Source: Alphaproteobacteria bacterium (GTDB lineage: Bacteria > Pseudomonadota > Alphaproteobacteria > UBA6615). Taken from it: a DNA stretch of 64,000 nt. Made by a program: the position numbers and the translations under genes. The stretch spans positions 28,264 through 92,263 of the forward strand of contig JAJFIX010000031.1 of NCBI GenBank assembly GCA_021774575.1, read 5' to 3'. A model generated the notes under the pieces. That model saw only the letters and a program-made list of their open reading frames with translations, was not told the origin of the DNA and did no database searches. Shown in pieces: positions 44,426-54,473 of this stretch; position 1 is the first letter of the stretch; each line of letters begins with the position of its first letter.

Positions 44426-44612
44426 TGTTATTTTCTTGCATTGGATGTAAAAATGCTTGTAATTCATTGAAAAGACAAGCATATGGTGGATTGGCGACAG
44501 CTCATATTTTAGGGGCCGACAAAAAGCTCGCGACCCTGTAGCGTTAGCTGCCTAAACCGGATCCAAAAAAATTCGGATACGACAATAAAATTACAATAGA
44601 TCGGAACGAAAA

Positions 44613-44870
44613 ATGGCTGCCGATAAAACGCAAAATGTTCAGGACGTTTTTCTGAATCACGTGCGCAAAAACAAGACACCCGTCACCGTTTTTTTGGTGA
44701 ACGGGGTTAAATTGCAAGGCGTGATCACATGGTTCGATAATTTTTGTGTATTGCTGCGTCGCGACACCCATTCCCAACTCGTTTATAAACATGCCATCTC
44801 AACTGTCATGCCGTCTCAGCCAATCCAACTTTTCGACCCCGAAAAGACCGATGAGGAGTCCGAAGGCTAA
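44613..44870 (+). CDS. hfq: RNA chaperone Hfq
   Basis: [27 protein letters not shown]. Confidence 0.98.
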   Translation: MAADKTQNVQDVFLNHVRKNKTPVTVFLVNGVKLQGVITWFDNFCVLLRRDTHSQLVYKHAISTVMPSQPIQLFDPEKTDEESEG

Positions 44871-44872
44871 AT

Positions 44873-46219
44873 TTGGCAAAGGACTTATATCCGACTGATA
44901 GACCGACCGGAGGCAAGACCGGCCGCGCAGCTGTTGTGCGACCATGGTGGCGGGCTGGGGCCAGACGAGGGACCCGTAGTGATGCCGAGACCGGCCTTGA
45001 GGAAGGCGTCGGCTTGGCTAGAGCGATATCGCTTAATGTCGTCCATCATGAAGTCGTTGCGATTAGTAAGACGCGACCGGCAACCTTGCTCGGCGGCGGT
45101 GCAGTCTCCGCCCTCGGTACTACGTTAAACGCCTTGGACGTAGATTTAGTCGTAGTTGATGGCTCTCTCACACCTATCCAGCAGCGCAATTTGGAACGGG
45201 CCTGGGACAGAAAAGTCATTGACCGCACTGGTTTGATTTTAGAAATCTTTGGCGCCCGAGCCCGGACCCGCGAGGGACAGCTACAGGTCGAATTGGCGGC
45301 GCTAACTTATCAACGCAGTCGACTTGTCCGGTCTTGGACCCATTTGGAGCGTCAGCGCGGTGCGCTAGGTTTTGTTGGCGGGCCTGGCGAAAGCCAGCTT
45401 GAAATTGATCGACGCCTGATTGGTGAGCGGATCGGTAAGCTGCAACGGCGATTAGCCCAAGTTCGACGTACCCGAACTTTGCACCGTGCCGCACGGGCCA
45501 GAGTTCCGTTCCCGGTGGTGGCGCTGGTTGGGTATACCAATGCTGGCAAATCGACCCTATTCAACCGAATAACTCAGGCAGAAACGTTCGCTCACGACCA
45601 ACTATTCGCTACCCTGGATCCGACCATGCGGGGGCTGACCCTAAAAACCGGACGCAAAATTATTTTGTCGGATACTGTCGGCTTTATCTCGGACCTGCCG
45701 ACCGATTTGGTCGAAGCTTTTAGCGCGACTCTCGAAGAAGTCGCTGGCGCAGATTTGATTTTGCATGTGCGTGATATCTCGCATCCCGAAAGTGACCGCC
45801 AAAAAAGGGACGTTGAAACAATTCTGTCCGATCTGCATTCGGTAAATGGAGACGATGAAGAGGCGAAATTTCCGCGAGCCTTGGAAGCACGAAATAAAAT
45901 TGACTGCCTTGAACCCGAAATTCGGGCTGAATTCATCCGAGCCGCTGCGCAAAACCCGTCTGCGGTTGCCGTCTCGGCTGCAAACGGGGAGGGGGTCGAT
46001 GAACTGCTGGCGGCAATTGATGCCCGCCTAGCTGAAAACCAGCTTGAGGTCAGTGTCGACGTTGAAATTTCCGATGGCGCCAATATAGCCTGGCTTTATC
46101 GCTCAGGCACTGTGTTGGAACGCCATGACGACGATGCAGCAGCGCATTTGAAGGTGCGCCTAGATCCGGCCGATTTTGAACGGATGTCTTTACGCAACGG
46201 TATTACCATCCAGGCATAA
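44873..46219 (+). CDS. hflX: Ribosome-splitting GTPase HflX
   Basis: HLERQRG, GPGESQLE, GYTNAGKS, LFATLD, DTVGF, NKID. Confidence 0.96.
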   Translation: MAKDLYPTDRPTGGKTGRAAVVRPWWRAGARRGTRSDAETGLEEGVGLARAISLNVVHHEVVAISKTRPATLLGGGAVSALGTTLNALDVDLVVVDGSLTPIQQRNLERAWDRKVIDRTGLILEIFGARARTREGQLQVELAALTYQRSRLVRSWTHLERQRGALGFVGGPGESQLEIDRRLIGERIGKLQRRLAQVRRTRTLHRAARARVPFPVVALVGYTNAGKSTLFNRITQAETFAHDQLFATLDPTMRGLTLKTGRKIILSDTVGFISDLPTDLVEAFSATLEEVAGADLILHVRDISHPESDRQKRDVETILSDLHSVNGDDEEAKFPRALEARNKIDCLEPEIRAEFIRAAAQNPSAVAVSAANGEGVDELLAAIDARLAENQLEVSVDVEISDGANIAWLYRSGTVLERHDDDAAAHLKVRLDPADFERMSLRNGITIQA

Positions 46220-46247
46220 AAATGGCCGCCCCAGGGAAGGGGCGGCC
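46217..46247 (-). terminator. Rho-independent terminator between convergent hflX and icd
   Basis: ggccgcccc-agggaa-ggggcggcc stem with a 5' A-tract (U-tail for the icd strand). Confidence 0.75.
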
Positions 46248-46259
46248 TTGGATATTTGG

Positions 46260-47474
46260 TTATCCAATCGCTTTTTGTAAATTTTTATCGATGGCGTCAA
46301 AAAAGGCGCCTGTCGTCAACCATTGCTGATCAGGCCCGATCAAGAGTGCCAAATCCTTGGTCATCTGACCGCTCTCGACGGTATCGATGCAGACTTGCTC
46401 CAAGGTCTCGGCGAACTTCACAACATCGGGTGTTTCATCGAATAGTCCGCGATATTTAAGCCCCCGTGTCCAAGCAAAGATCGAGGCAATTGGATTGGTC
46501 GATGTGTCGTTACCCTTCTGGTGTTGTCGGTAATGGCGGGTAACCGTGCCGTGCGCTGCCTCGGCTTCGATGGTTTTGCCGTCGGGGGTCATCAACACCG
46601 ACGTCATCAGACCAAGGGAGCCAAAGCCCTGGGCGACGGTATCCGACTGGACATCGCCATCGTAGTTCTTGCACGCCCAAAGGAAATCGCCGTCCCATTT
46701 TAGGGCCGACGCGACCATATCGTCGATCAAACGATGCTCGTAAATCAGGCCCTTCGCCTTGAATTGGTCGGCGAAATTTTTGTCAAACTCGTCCTGGAAT
46801 ATTTCCATAAAACGACCATCATACTGCTTGAGGATGGTGTTCTTGGTTGACATATAAACCGGATAGCCACGCTCCAAGCCATAGTTGAAACAGGCACTGG
46901 CAAAGCCACGAATGGAATCGTCAAGATTATACATAGACATCGCAACGCCGGAGCTCGGGAAGTCGAAGACTTCGCGCTCGATCGTTTCTCCACCGTCTTC
47001 GGGGGTGAACTTCACGGTAAGTTTGCCCGGGCCCGGGACTTTAAAGTCAGTGGCGCGATACTGATCGCCGAAGGCATGACGGCCGATGACGATCGGTTTT
47101 GTCCAGCCAGGAACCAAGCGGGGGACATTTTTCATAATAATCGGCTCGCGGAAAACAGTGCCGCCGATAATATTACGGATGGTGCCGTTCGGTGACCGCC
47201 ACATTTCCTTCAGGCCAAACTCCTCGACCCGAGCCTCATCAGGGGTGATGGTGGCGCACTTGACGCCGACACCATGTTCTTTGATTGCATTGGCTGAATC
47301 AATAGTGACCTGATCGTTGGTCGCATCCCGATGCTCAACGCCGAGATCATAATAGAGCAGTTCCACATCCAAATAACGTTGGATAAGGCGTTCCCTGATC
47401 CACTGCCAGATAATCCGGGTCATCTCGTCGCCATCGATTTCGACGAGTGGGGTAATCACCTTAATCTTGCTCAT
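46260..47474 (-). CDS. icd: NADP-dependent isocitrate dehydrogenase (homodimeric, eukaryote-like type)
   Basis: [46 protein letters not shown]. Confidence 0.97.
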   Translation of the reverse strand: MSKIKVITPLVEIDGDEMTRIIWQWIRERLIQRYLDVELLYYDLGVEHRDATNDQVTIDSANAIKEHGVGVKCATITPDEARVEEFGLKEMWRSPNGTIRNIIGGTVFREPIIMKNVPRLVPGWTKPIVIGRHAFGDQYRATDFKVPGPGKLTVKFTPEDGGETIEREVFDFPSSGVAMSMYNLDDSIRGFASACFNYGLERGYPVYMSTKNTILKQYDGRFMEIFQDEFDKNFADQFKAKGLIYEHRLIDDMVASALKWDGDFLWACKNYDGDVQSDTVAQGFGSLGLMTSVLMTPDGKTIEAEAAHGTVTRHYRQHQKGNDTSTNPIASIFAWTRGLKYRGLFDETPDVVKFAETLEQVCIDTVESGQMTKDLALLIGPDQQWLTTGAFFDAIDKNLQKAIG

Positions 47475-47549
47475 AAAACTGTCTCCATTTTCTAAAAGCG
47501 CGGAGGCGCATTTTCACGACCCTTTGGTCTGCGGGTGAAATTTGCGCGC

Positions 47550-47578
47550 ACTCTAGGCGCGGGCAGGCCAAGTCGCAA
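47550..47578 (-). promoter_or_regulatory. Putative sigma70 promoter of icd (TTGCGA-N17-TAGAGT)
   Basis: Minus-strand hexamers 17 bp apart. Confidence 0.5.
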
Positions 47579-47639
47579 GCCCGTAGCGGAACTGTGATAG
47601 TTGCTGTTCATCTTTGCCTGAAAAACGCATTTGTTCGAA

Positions 47640-48224
47640 TTAAAGTTTTTCCGCTTCAACTGCCAGTTTGGCATCGGGTAATGCGTCGAGAGTGGTAAAG
47701 AGATCGTCGATTGTATCGACAAAATTAACCAGCTTCCTGGCCTTAGGGGCGGCATAATTGCTGTCAATAATATGGTCGATCAGCTTCTTTGCCGGCGTCC
47801 AATAGCCGTCCTGGTCCAAAATAAGTATTGGTTTGTCGTGCAAGCCAAGCTGGCGCCAAGTCAGTATTTCAAATGTTTCGTCCATCGTGCCGAGGCCGCC
47901 GGGCAAAACGGCGAAGGCATCGGATAATTCCGCCATGCGGGATTTACGTTCATGCATACTGTCAACGATTTCCAAGCGCGTTGCCTCGAAGTAGCCGACT
48001 TCAAGTTCGTCGAGAAACTTTGGAATGATCCCAATTACTTCACCGCCGGCGGCAAGCACGGCGTCGGCGAGAATGCCCATCAGGCCGACGCGGCCGCCGC
48101 CATATACCAGCTGGATATTATTTTCCGCCATTCGGCGCCCGAGTTCGACTGCGGCGGCAGCGTGGCTCGCCGGACCCTTTGCCGAAGAGCCGCAATAGAC
48201 GCAAATAGATTTTACTGTAGCCAT
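47640..48224 (-). CDS. LOG family nucleotide monophosphate phosphoribohydrolase
   Basis: CVYCGSS, VYGGGRVGLMG, MHERK, PGGLGTMDE. Confidence 0.92.
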   Translation of the reverse strand: MATVKSICVYCGSSAKGPASHAAAAVELGRRMAENNIQLVYGGGRVGLMGILADAVLAAGGEVIGIIPKFLDELEVGYFEATRLEIVDSMHERKSRMAELSDAFAVLPGGLGTMDETFEILTWRQLGLHDKPILILDQDGYWTPAKKLIDHIIDSNYAAPKARKLVNFVDTIDDLFTTLDALPDAKLAVEAEKL

Positions 48225-48364
48225 GATTTATTTTCAGACGATTGTTCGTGGAGTGTAGTTGGACCGCGTCGGCCCAAATGGGGAGAGTGCTTTCCAATCA
48301 CGCTTGTTTGCCAGTATATGACCCGAACATAACGTAAAAACCAACGAATAATGAGCGCCGATAT

Positions 48365-48988
48365 ATGTTTGATAAAGCCGCACGCAAGATAATCGACCCA
48401 CCGCTAAATATGGTCGGCCGGTTTTTGGCTGGGGCCGGGGTCAGCGCCGATTTAGTTACGGCGTGCGGCTTTGCTGTTGGTTTGGCTGCCTTGCCGTTAA
48501 TTGCGGCTCAGCTCTATGGTTGGGGGTTGGCAGCGATTTTGGCCAACCGCGTATTTGACGGAATCGACGGCGCCGTAGCCCGACATAGCCAAGTCACTGA
48601 CTTTGGCGGTTATCTCGATATTGTGTGTGACTTCATATTTTATGCTGCCGTTCCTGTTGGCTTTGCCTTGGCGGTGCCGGATGTGAATGCGCTTGCGGCA
48701 ATCGTCTTGGTTTTTAGCTTCGTCGGGACAGGCTCGAGTTTTCTTGGGTTTGCTATTGTTGCCGCCAAACGAGGTATCGGCACCCGGGTTCGTGGGCCGA
48801 AATCCTTTTTTTATCTCGGGGGCCTGACCGAGGGCAGTGAGACTATTGCCTTCTTTGTCGCCATTTGCCTTTGGCCAGGGGCGTTTGTCCCGCTGGCCTT
48901 GGTTTTTTCAGGCTTTGCCTGGATTACCGTCATTTCCCGCATCGCCATGGCTTGGTCGACTTTTGGCAGCGAAAATGATGAGCACTAA
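48365..48988 (+). CDS. CDP-alcohol phosphatidyltransferase family protein (YnjF-like)
   Basis: DGIDGAVAR...GGYLDIVCD motif, GGLTEGSET, multiple TMs. Confidence 0.88.
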   Translation: MFDKAARKIIDPPLNMVGRFLAGAGVSADLVTACGFAVGLAALPLIAAQLYGWGLAAILANRVFDGIDGAVARHSQVTDFGGYLDIVCDFIFYAAVPVGFALAVPDVNALAAIVLVFSFVGTGSSFLGFAIVAAKRGIGTRVRGPKSFFYLGGLTEGSETIAFFVAICLWPGAFVPLALVFSGFAWITVISRIAMAWSTFGSENDEH

Positions 48989-49000
48989 ACCGGACGCGCC

Positions 49001-52000
49001 TTAAAACGGCTGTACGATATCCGTCGGCTGATCTTTATTGGCCCGCCGTTGTTGAAAATTGGCCCGAATCATGAGGGCGCTCGGCGTCACGATAAGCGTC
49101 AGCACCGTGGCAAATGTTAGACCGGAAACAATAGCGGTCGACAATTGGACCCACCATTGGGTTGAAGGGGCTCCCTGACTAATTGTCCGACCGATGAAGT
49201 CGATATTAATCTGCAGGACCATCGGCATCAGGCCCAAAATGGTGGTGACAGTGGTCAACATGACCGGCCGTAGGCGCTGAGCGCCGGTCCGCAATATCGC
49301 CTCTTTTTGATCGCTAATGGTAAGTTTTAGCCGGTCAAATGTGTCGATCAAGACGATATTGTTATTGACGACAATTCCGGCAAGGGCGATCACGCCGACA
49401 CCACTCATCACAATGCCGAAGGGTTGGCCGATGACAAGTAGGCCCAGCATTACACCCACCGTCGACATGATGACTGCCGAAAGGATCAGCATCGCGCTAT
49501 AAAAGCTGTTGAACTGGGTGACCAAAATAACCGCCATAAGAAACAGCGCGACGAGAAAAGCCTTTTGCAGGAAGGCCTGTGCATTTGCCTGGTCCTCATT
49601 CTCACCCTTGAAGGTGATCGAGACGTCTTCGGTCTCCAAGCCGGCTGCTTCGACCCAGGCCTCTATCTCTTTAACCTTATCGTCGACCAGGACGCCCGGC
49701 GAGACATCGGCTTTCACCGTGATAACCGGTTTGCCGCCGACACGGGTTATTGTGCCGACCCGGGGCACCGGGATGCGCGTCACGAAATTGCTGATCGGAA
49801 CGAGACCCGATGCCGTTGCAACCCGTACCTGATCGATTTGAGTCAAATTTCGGTATTCCTCAGGAAACCGGGCCACAATATCAACCTCGTCATCGGCGCC
49901 ATCTGGCCGATACTCGGTGACTTCAAGTCCGTTGGTGACAAAACGAATAGCCTGTCCGACGATTGCCACATCGGCCCCAAATTTCGATGCTTGAGCGCGG
50001 TCAACATCGATCTGCCATTCAATTCCCGGCATCGGACGGCTGTCTTCCACGTCTCTGAGGTCTTCGAGAGTATCCATATAGGCCCGAAGCTCGGCGACGA
50101 CGGGAGGGATATTATCCAAGCTATCTGACGCCAACTCAATGACGATTGGCTTGCCTCCGCCGGGACCTTGCTGCTGTTTGCGGATCTCAATATGGATCCC
50201 TGGAATGTCATGGGTCCGGGCAAGGATATCTTCGATAATTTCATCGGCTGAGCGTCGGTATTGCCATTCGACAAATTCCATTGAAATATTACCGATCACG
50301 TCCTCGGCAATATCGGCCCCGCCACTGATATTTCCCGCGATGGTGTAGATCGACTGTATTTCACCGCCTTCATTTTGTAGTGCGAGAATTTCTTGCTCGA
50401 CGCGCATGACGATGGTCGCTTTTTCGTCAACCGACAGATTTCCCCTGGCGTGGATCTGAATTGCCGCCTGATCCGGTTCGATGTCGGGAAAAAATTCGAC
50501 ACCATTCCCGAGCATAAAATAGGCTGCCCAAGATCCGACAAGGGCCAGTCCGGCGCTGGCGAGAATTAGCGCAGGGCGCCGAAGTGCTAACTCAAGTATG
50601 CGAACATACACACCTGTGCCGCCGCCCAACGTGGCCGGGTCAAACTCGCCGTCACCAGCAAGAGCTTGCGCCTGCTCGGAAATTTCCGAGCCGCCGCCCG
50701 AAAGTGACTTTTCTGCACGGCGGCCGAGCGGCAGCCCTAGTTTGGCAGCAAAAAAGGCGCCAATCCCCGCAATAAGAATAATTGGCAATATCGTGAGTGG
50801 TCCGGTTGTTAAGCCCAACACTTTGTGTAAAAGCGTCGAGGCAATTCCTGCTGAGATCGCGGCTCCGCCAATAACCACGGCCAGGGAAATAACCAATCTT
50901 GCCAATGCCGCCAGATTGGCCCCGACCACCGGGACAAATAACAAGGCCATGGCCAATGAAGCCACGAGAACCGCGATGAGGGTAAGGGGCAAGAATTTCA
51001 TAAACTCGCCGATCAAGTCAGGCCAAAACAACAATGGCAGGAATGCCGCCAAGGTCGTCGCGGTCGACGCGATAATTGGCCAGGCCATACGCTTTGCGGC
51101 AAGGGTGTAGGCGGTCGACGGGGGATTGCCCTCACTCAGCTTTCTGTCCGCATATTCATTCACCACGATGGCGCCGTCGACCAACATGCCGACAGATAAA
51201 ATCAAGGCAAACAGAACAACTACATTAACCGTGAGGCCGAGCAAGGATAGGACGAGAATTGCCGTCAAAAACGACCCAGGGATGGCCAGCGCTACGAGGA
51301 GACCGCCACGCACGCCAAGGGCGGCAACAATGACGATTAGGATCAGCAATATCGCGCTCAAAATATTGTTTTGCAGATCCGAAAGCATGATCCGGATATC
51401 GTCCGACTGATCTTGGCTGAAGGTGACATCGACCCCGGATGGCCATTCGGCGCTTTCTGCCTCGACGAGGGTTCGTACGGATTCGGTCGCATCGATGATA
51501 TTCGCCCCCGTGCGCTTGATGATATCGAGAGAAACAGCCGCATGTCCATTTATGCGCGCATAATTTTGCCGTTCTTCAAATCCCAATCTAATTGTCGCCA
51601 AATCCCCGACGGTTATAACGGCGTCGCCGCGGGTAGCGATTGGCTGACTATATAGGTCTTGGGAATCCTCATATAGCCCCGGCACCTTTACCGGAAAACT
51701 GCCGTTTGCCGCGGTCATATTGCCGGCGGCCACAAGCCGGTTCGAACGTGAAATCCCTTGAATGAGTGCATTCGTGTCGAGTTCGTAAACCTCGAGCAGG
51801 CTCGGGTCGATAATCAGCTCGAGCTGCTCTTCACGATTTCCCCCGATATTGACCTGAAGGATTTCATCGGGAAAAGTGCTTTCAATTTCCTCCTGCAGAT
51901 CGTCGGCGAGACGCTGCAATGTGCGTTGGGGGACATCGCCAGAAAGAGTAACGACAAGCACCGGAAATAGGGAAAGGTTGACCTCTTGTACTGTCGGTTC

Positions 52001-52372
52001 GTTGGCGTCTTCGGGCAATTCATCGCGGGCTAGTTCGACAGCCTCCAAAACATCTGTGCGGGCCTTGTCTGCATTGAACCCGGCAGTGAATTCCAACGTG
52101 ACATTGGCGCCACCTTGATAAGCGGTCGAGGTTATCTCTTTAACGCCCTCGATACCGGTGAGTTCGGCTTCAATGGGGCGCGCCAATAATCGTTCGGCAT
52201 CTTCGGGAGAAATACCCTGATGGCCGAGAGAAACATAAATTATCGGAATGCTGATATCGGGGTTTGCTTCTTTGGGAATGCTTAAAAAAGCAGACGTTCC
52301 AGCAATTAACAACATCACAAGTAACGCTATAAAAGTCCTCGCCCGGTTTTGGGCGGCGTCAATGAGGCTCAT
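49001..52372 (-). CDS. RND efflux permease (AcrB/AcrD/AcrF-like)
   Basis: RND topology; GMLVDGAIVV, GEFMKFLP, GIVVNNNIVL, RLRPVMLTTVTT. Confidence 0.93.
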   Translation of the reverse strand: MSLIDAAQNRARTFIALLVMLLIAGTSAFLSIPKEANPDISIPIIYVSLGHQGISPEDAERLLARPIEAELTGIEGVKEITSTAYQGGANVTLEFTAGFNADKARTDVLEAVELARDELPEDANEPTVQEVNLSLFPVLVVTLSGDVPQRTLQRLADDLQEEIESTFPDEILQVNIGGNREEQLELIIDPSLLEVYELDTNALIQGISRSNRLVAAGNMTAANGSFPVKVPGLYEDSQDLYSQPIATRGDAVITVGDLATIRLGFEERQNYARINGHAAVSLDIIKRTGANIIDATESVRTLVEAESAEWPSGVDVTFSQDQSDDIRIMLSDLQNNILSAILLILIVIVAALGVRGGLLVALAIPGSFLTAILVLSLLGLTVNVVVLFALILSVGMLVDGAIVVNEYADRKLSEGNPPSTAYTLAAKRMAWPIIASTATTLAAFLPLLFWPDLIGEFMKFLPLTLIAVLVASLAMALLFVPVVGANLAALARLVISLAVVIGGAAISAGIASTLLHKVLGLTTGPLTILPIILIAGIGAFFAAKLGLPLGRRAEKSLSGGGSEISEQAQALAGDGEFDPATLGGGTGVYVRILELALRRPALILASAGLALVGSWAAYFMLGNGVEFFPDIEPDQAAIQIHARGNLSVDEKATIVMRVEQEILALQNEGGEIQSIYTIAGNISGGADIAEDVIGNISMEFVEWQYRRSADEIIEDILARTHDIPGIHIEIRKQQQGPGGGKPIVIELASDSLDNIPPVVAELRAYMDTLEDLRDVEDSRPMPGIEWQIDVDRAQASKFGADVAIVGQAIRFVTNGLEVTEYRPDGADDEVDIVARFPEEYRNLTQIDQVRVATASGLVPISNFVTRIPVPRVGTITRVGGKPVITVKADVSPGVLVDDKVKEIEAWVEAAGLETEDVSITFKGENEDQANAQAFLQKAFLVALFLMAVILVTQFNSFYSAMLILSAVIMSTVGVMLGLLVIGQPFGIVMSGVGVIALAGIVVNNNIVLIDTFDRLKLTISDQKEAILRTGAQRLRPVMLTTVTTILGLMPMVLQINIDFIGRTISQGAPSTQWWVQLSTAIVSGLTFATVLTLIVTPSALMIRANFQQRRANKDQPTDIVQPF

Positions 52373-53574
52373 GGTTGCGGCTCCTCATCGAGCTCAGCAA
52401 TGCTCTCGTCTTGAGCAATCAATGGCACCGTTTCCCCAGAGGTGACATCGGCCGCTGCGAGGTCTACGGCAACGACCTGCTCTCCGACGACAACGAATTC
52501 CTGGCCACCAACAATAACCTGTGCCGTTTCGGGCAGGCCGTCGACCCACATACCTTCAATCGTTTCCTCAAGAATTCGAATTTCGTGAAATTCCACCAGG
52601 GCATCATTGTTAACCGTCTTGACCCCGATCTTTCCCAATTCAGATAGGGATAGCGCCGAAGGTGGTATCAGGTGCGCGACACTTTGGCCCGCATCAACAA
52701 GAATACGGGCGGTCAAACCGGCGCGAATTGCATAATTGGGATTAGCCACCTCGACCTCGAAACGATAGGTGCGAGTGGTCGTGTCTGCTTGGGCTGCAAT
52801 ATAAGTGACGGTACCGGTTATAATGGTGCCGTCGGAAAGTTCCGCTCCGCCGAGCCCGTTGAGTGATAAACGCGAAACTTCTTCTTCAGTCGCGTTGCCG
52901 ACGATCAGGATAGGGTCGAGGTCAAGCAATGTGCCGACGGGGTTTCCCGACTTGACGTAATCACCGACTTCCAAATGTCCGCTATGGATCATGCCCGAGT
53001 AGGGCGCACGAATATTGGTCCGCTCGATATCAGTCGAGCGTTGTTCGACGATGGCCCGCGCCGCATCGAGTTGGGCCTGGGCCCCGGCATGTTGAGTGGT
53101 TGAACGAAAACCTTCTTCGACCAAGCTCGCCGAGGCGCTGTATTCAATTTGTCGTTGCCTGAGCAACGCTTGAGCTTCGGAAAGTTTGGCCTCTCGATCA
53201 TAGAGCGCTATTTTGGCAATGACATCGCCTTCGGTGACTTCTTCACCCCGATAAGTGTTGAGTTCTAGTATTCGCCCCTCGGTTTCGGCCCGAATTTCCA
53301 CAGTACGGTAGGGCTCGGTACGCCCATTAACTACAATCTTGCTTGTTCGCTGAGCAGCTTGTGAATTTATCACCCGAACAGCAAACAAGTCTGCGGAGGC
53401 TTGCTCTGTCGTCGGTGCTTGATCGTCCGGCGATGTCGGGACATCCGCCGAACCGACAAAACCCGATCCGACCCATAAGATTGCGCCGACAGCGAGGGCG
53501 ACTGAGACCAAAACGGCCGGCTTACGGCGTAGGAATTCAGTTAGCCGAAATTTGGTTTTTGATTGCTCGGACAT
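52369..53574 (-). CDS. RND periplasmic adaptor (membrane fusion protein)
   Basis: N-terminal anchor, lipoyl/hairpin region, IRAPYSG, TRTYRFEV; 4-bp overlap with the permease start. Confidence 0.9.
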   Translation of the reverse strand: MSEQSKTKFRLTEFLRRKPAVLVSVALAVGAILWVGSGFVGSADVPTSPDDQAPTTEQASADLFAVRVINSQAAQRTSKIVVNGRTEPYRTVEIRAETEGRILELNTYRGEEVTEGDVIAKIALYDREAKLSEAQALLRQRQIEYSASASLVEEGFRSTTQHAGAQAQLDAARAIVEQRSTDIERTNIRAPYSGMIHSGHLEVGDYVKSGNPVGTLLDLDPILIVGNATEEEVSRLSLNGLGGAELSDGTIITGTVTYIAAQADTTTRTYRFEVEVANPNYAIRAGLTARILVDAGQSVAHLIPPSALSLSELGKIGVKTVNNDALVEFHEIRILEETIEGMWVDGLPETAQVIVGGQEFVVVGEQVVAVDLAAADVTSGETVPLIAQDESIAELDEEPQP

Positions 53575-53586
53575 TTAAATCACCTC

Positions 53587-54147
53587 CTAATCGGCTGCGG
53601 CGGCAGAAACCGCATGATCCAATTTGCGGTCTGCGGCAACGAGCTTGTCACCGTTTTCCAAAATATAGGCGCGCATCGCGCGATAAATTGCGAGACCAAA
53701 GCCTGAGACGAATGCCTCCCTTGGCCCCATTTCCTCAGTGCCATGGTCGCAATTTTCAAGTCGGTCTATATTTGCCCCTAAATCGGCAACCCGTCTGTCG
53801 ATCATGGTTTGTGTCGACGTCGGTCCCAACAACTGGGAATATAGGGCTTTAAACAAAAAATCGCAGGTGACCTTATCGCCTGGTGTCTCTTTAGCGAATG
53901 CGTCTAACAATGCGCCCCGGCCTTTACTGGTAATTGCATAAACCTTTTTTCCCGGCCGACCTGCTTGCGGGAAATTGGTAACAGACACCAACTCGTCTTC
54001 CAATGCCCGGGTTAGCGCGGGATAAATCGACCCAAAGCTAACATCCTGAAAATATGAGAAAGGCCCTTCCTCGAACGCGCCCTTGATTTCATACCCGGTT
54101 GCGTCGCCTTGACTGAGGACGGCTAAGCATATGATTTTAGTATCCAT
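53587..54147 (-). CDS. PadR family transcriptional regulator
   Basis: TGYEIK, SFGSIYPAL, RPGKKVYAITSKG plus C-terminal helical domain. Confidence 0.92.
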   Translation of the reverse strand: MDTKIICLAVLSQGDATGYEIKGAFEEGPFSYFQDVSFGSIYPALTRALEDELVSVTNFPQAGRPGKKVYAITSKGRGALLDAFAKETPGDKVTCDFLFKALYSQLLGPTSTQTMIDRRVADLGANIDRLENCDHGTEEMGPREAFVSGFGLAIYRAMRAYILENGDKLVAADRKLDHAVSAAAAD

Positions 54148-54208
54148 TTAGTGCCCATCCCGTTCCAAAGGTCGCAGTCGTCACCAGTTGAACTTTCATT
54201 AATTTACC

Positions 54209-54229
54209 CATATATCGGCTCGATATATG
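54209..54229. promoter_or_regulatory. Palindromic operator CATATATCG-N3-CGATATATG, probably the PadR autoregulatory site
   Basis: Perfect 9-bp inverted repeat about 60 bp upstream of padR, just downstream of a minus-strand TTGACC (54264-54259)-N16/18-TATATA/TATAAA promoter. Confidence 0.65.
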
Positions 54230-54473
54230 CTCGGTTTATATATAGGCGCTCAGCCAAGGGTCAACATTTAGCTTGGGTAGTCGTCGCAAATAGTAATGAT
54301 ACGTATACGTTGACAAGGATATGGGGCGCCTACAGCCGGTCATAAATCATCGATTTACCTCTTGTGATGTTTTGGGTTAATTTGGCGAATAGTTGGCGAC
54401 ATGAACTAATTTTGCCAATTGCCGAACATGGCGGCAGGAGCCGACGTGTACATATAAGGGAGGATTATTTGTT

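Noticed and set aside
54382..54397. sigma54 promoter (TGGCGAATAGTTGGC) upstream of dctP
   Set aside because: Only the GG-N10-GC core matches; it lacks TGGCAC and TTGC, too weak to call.
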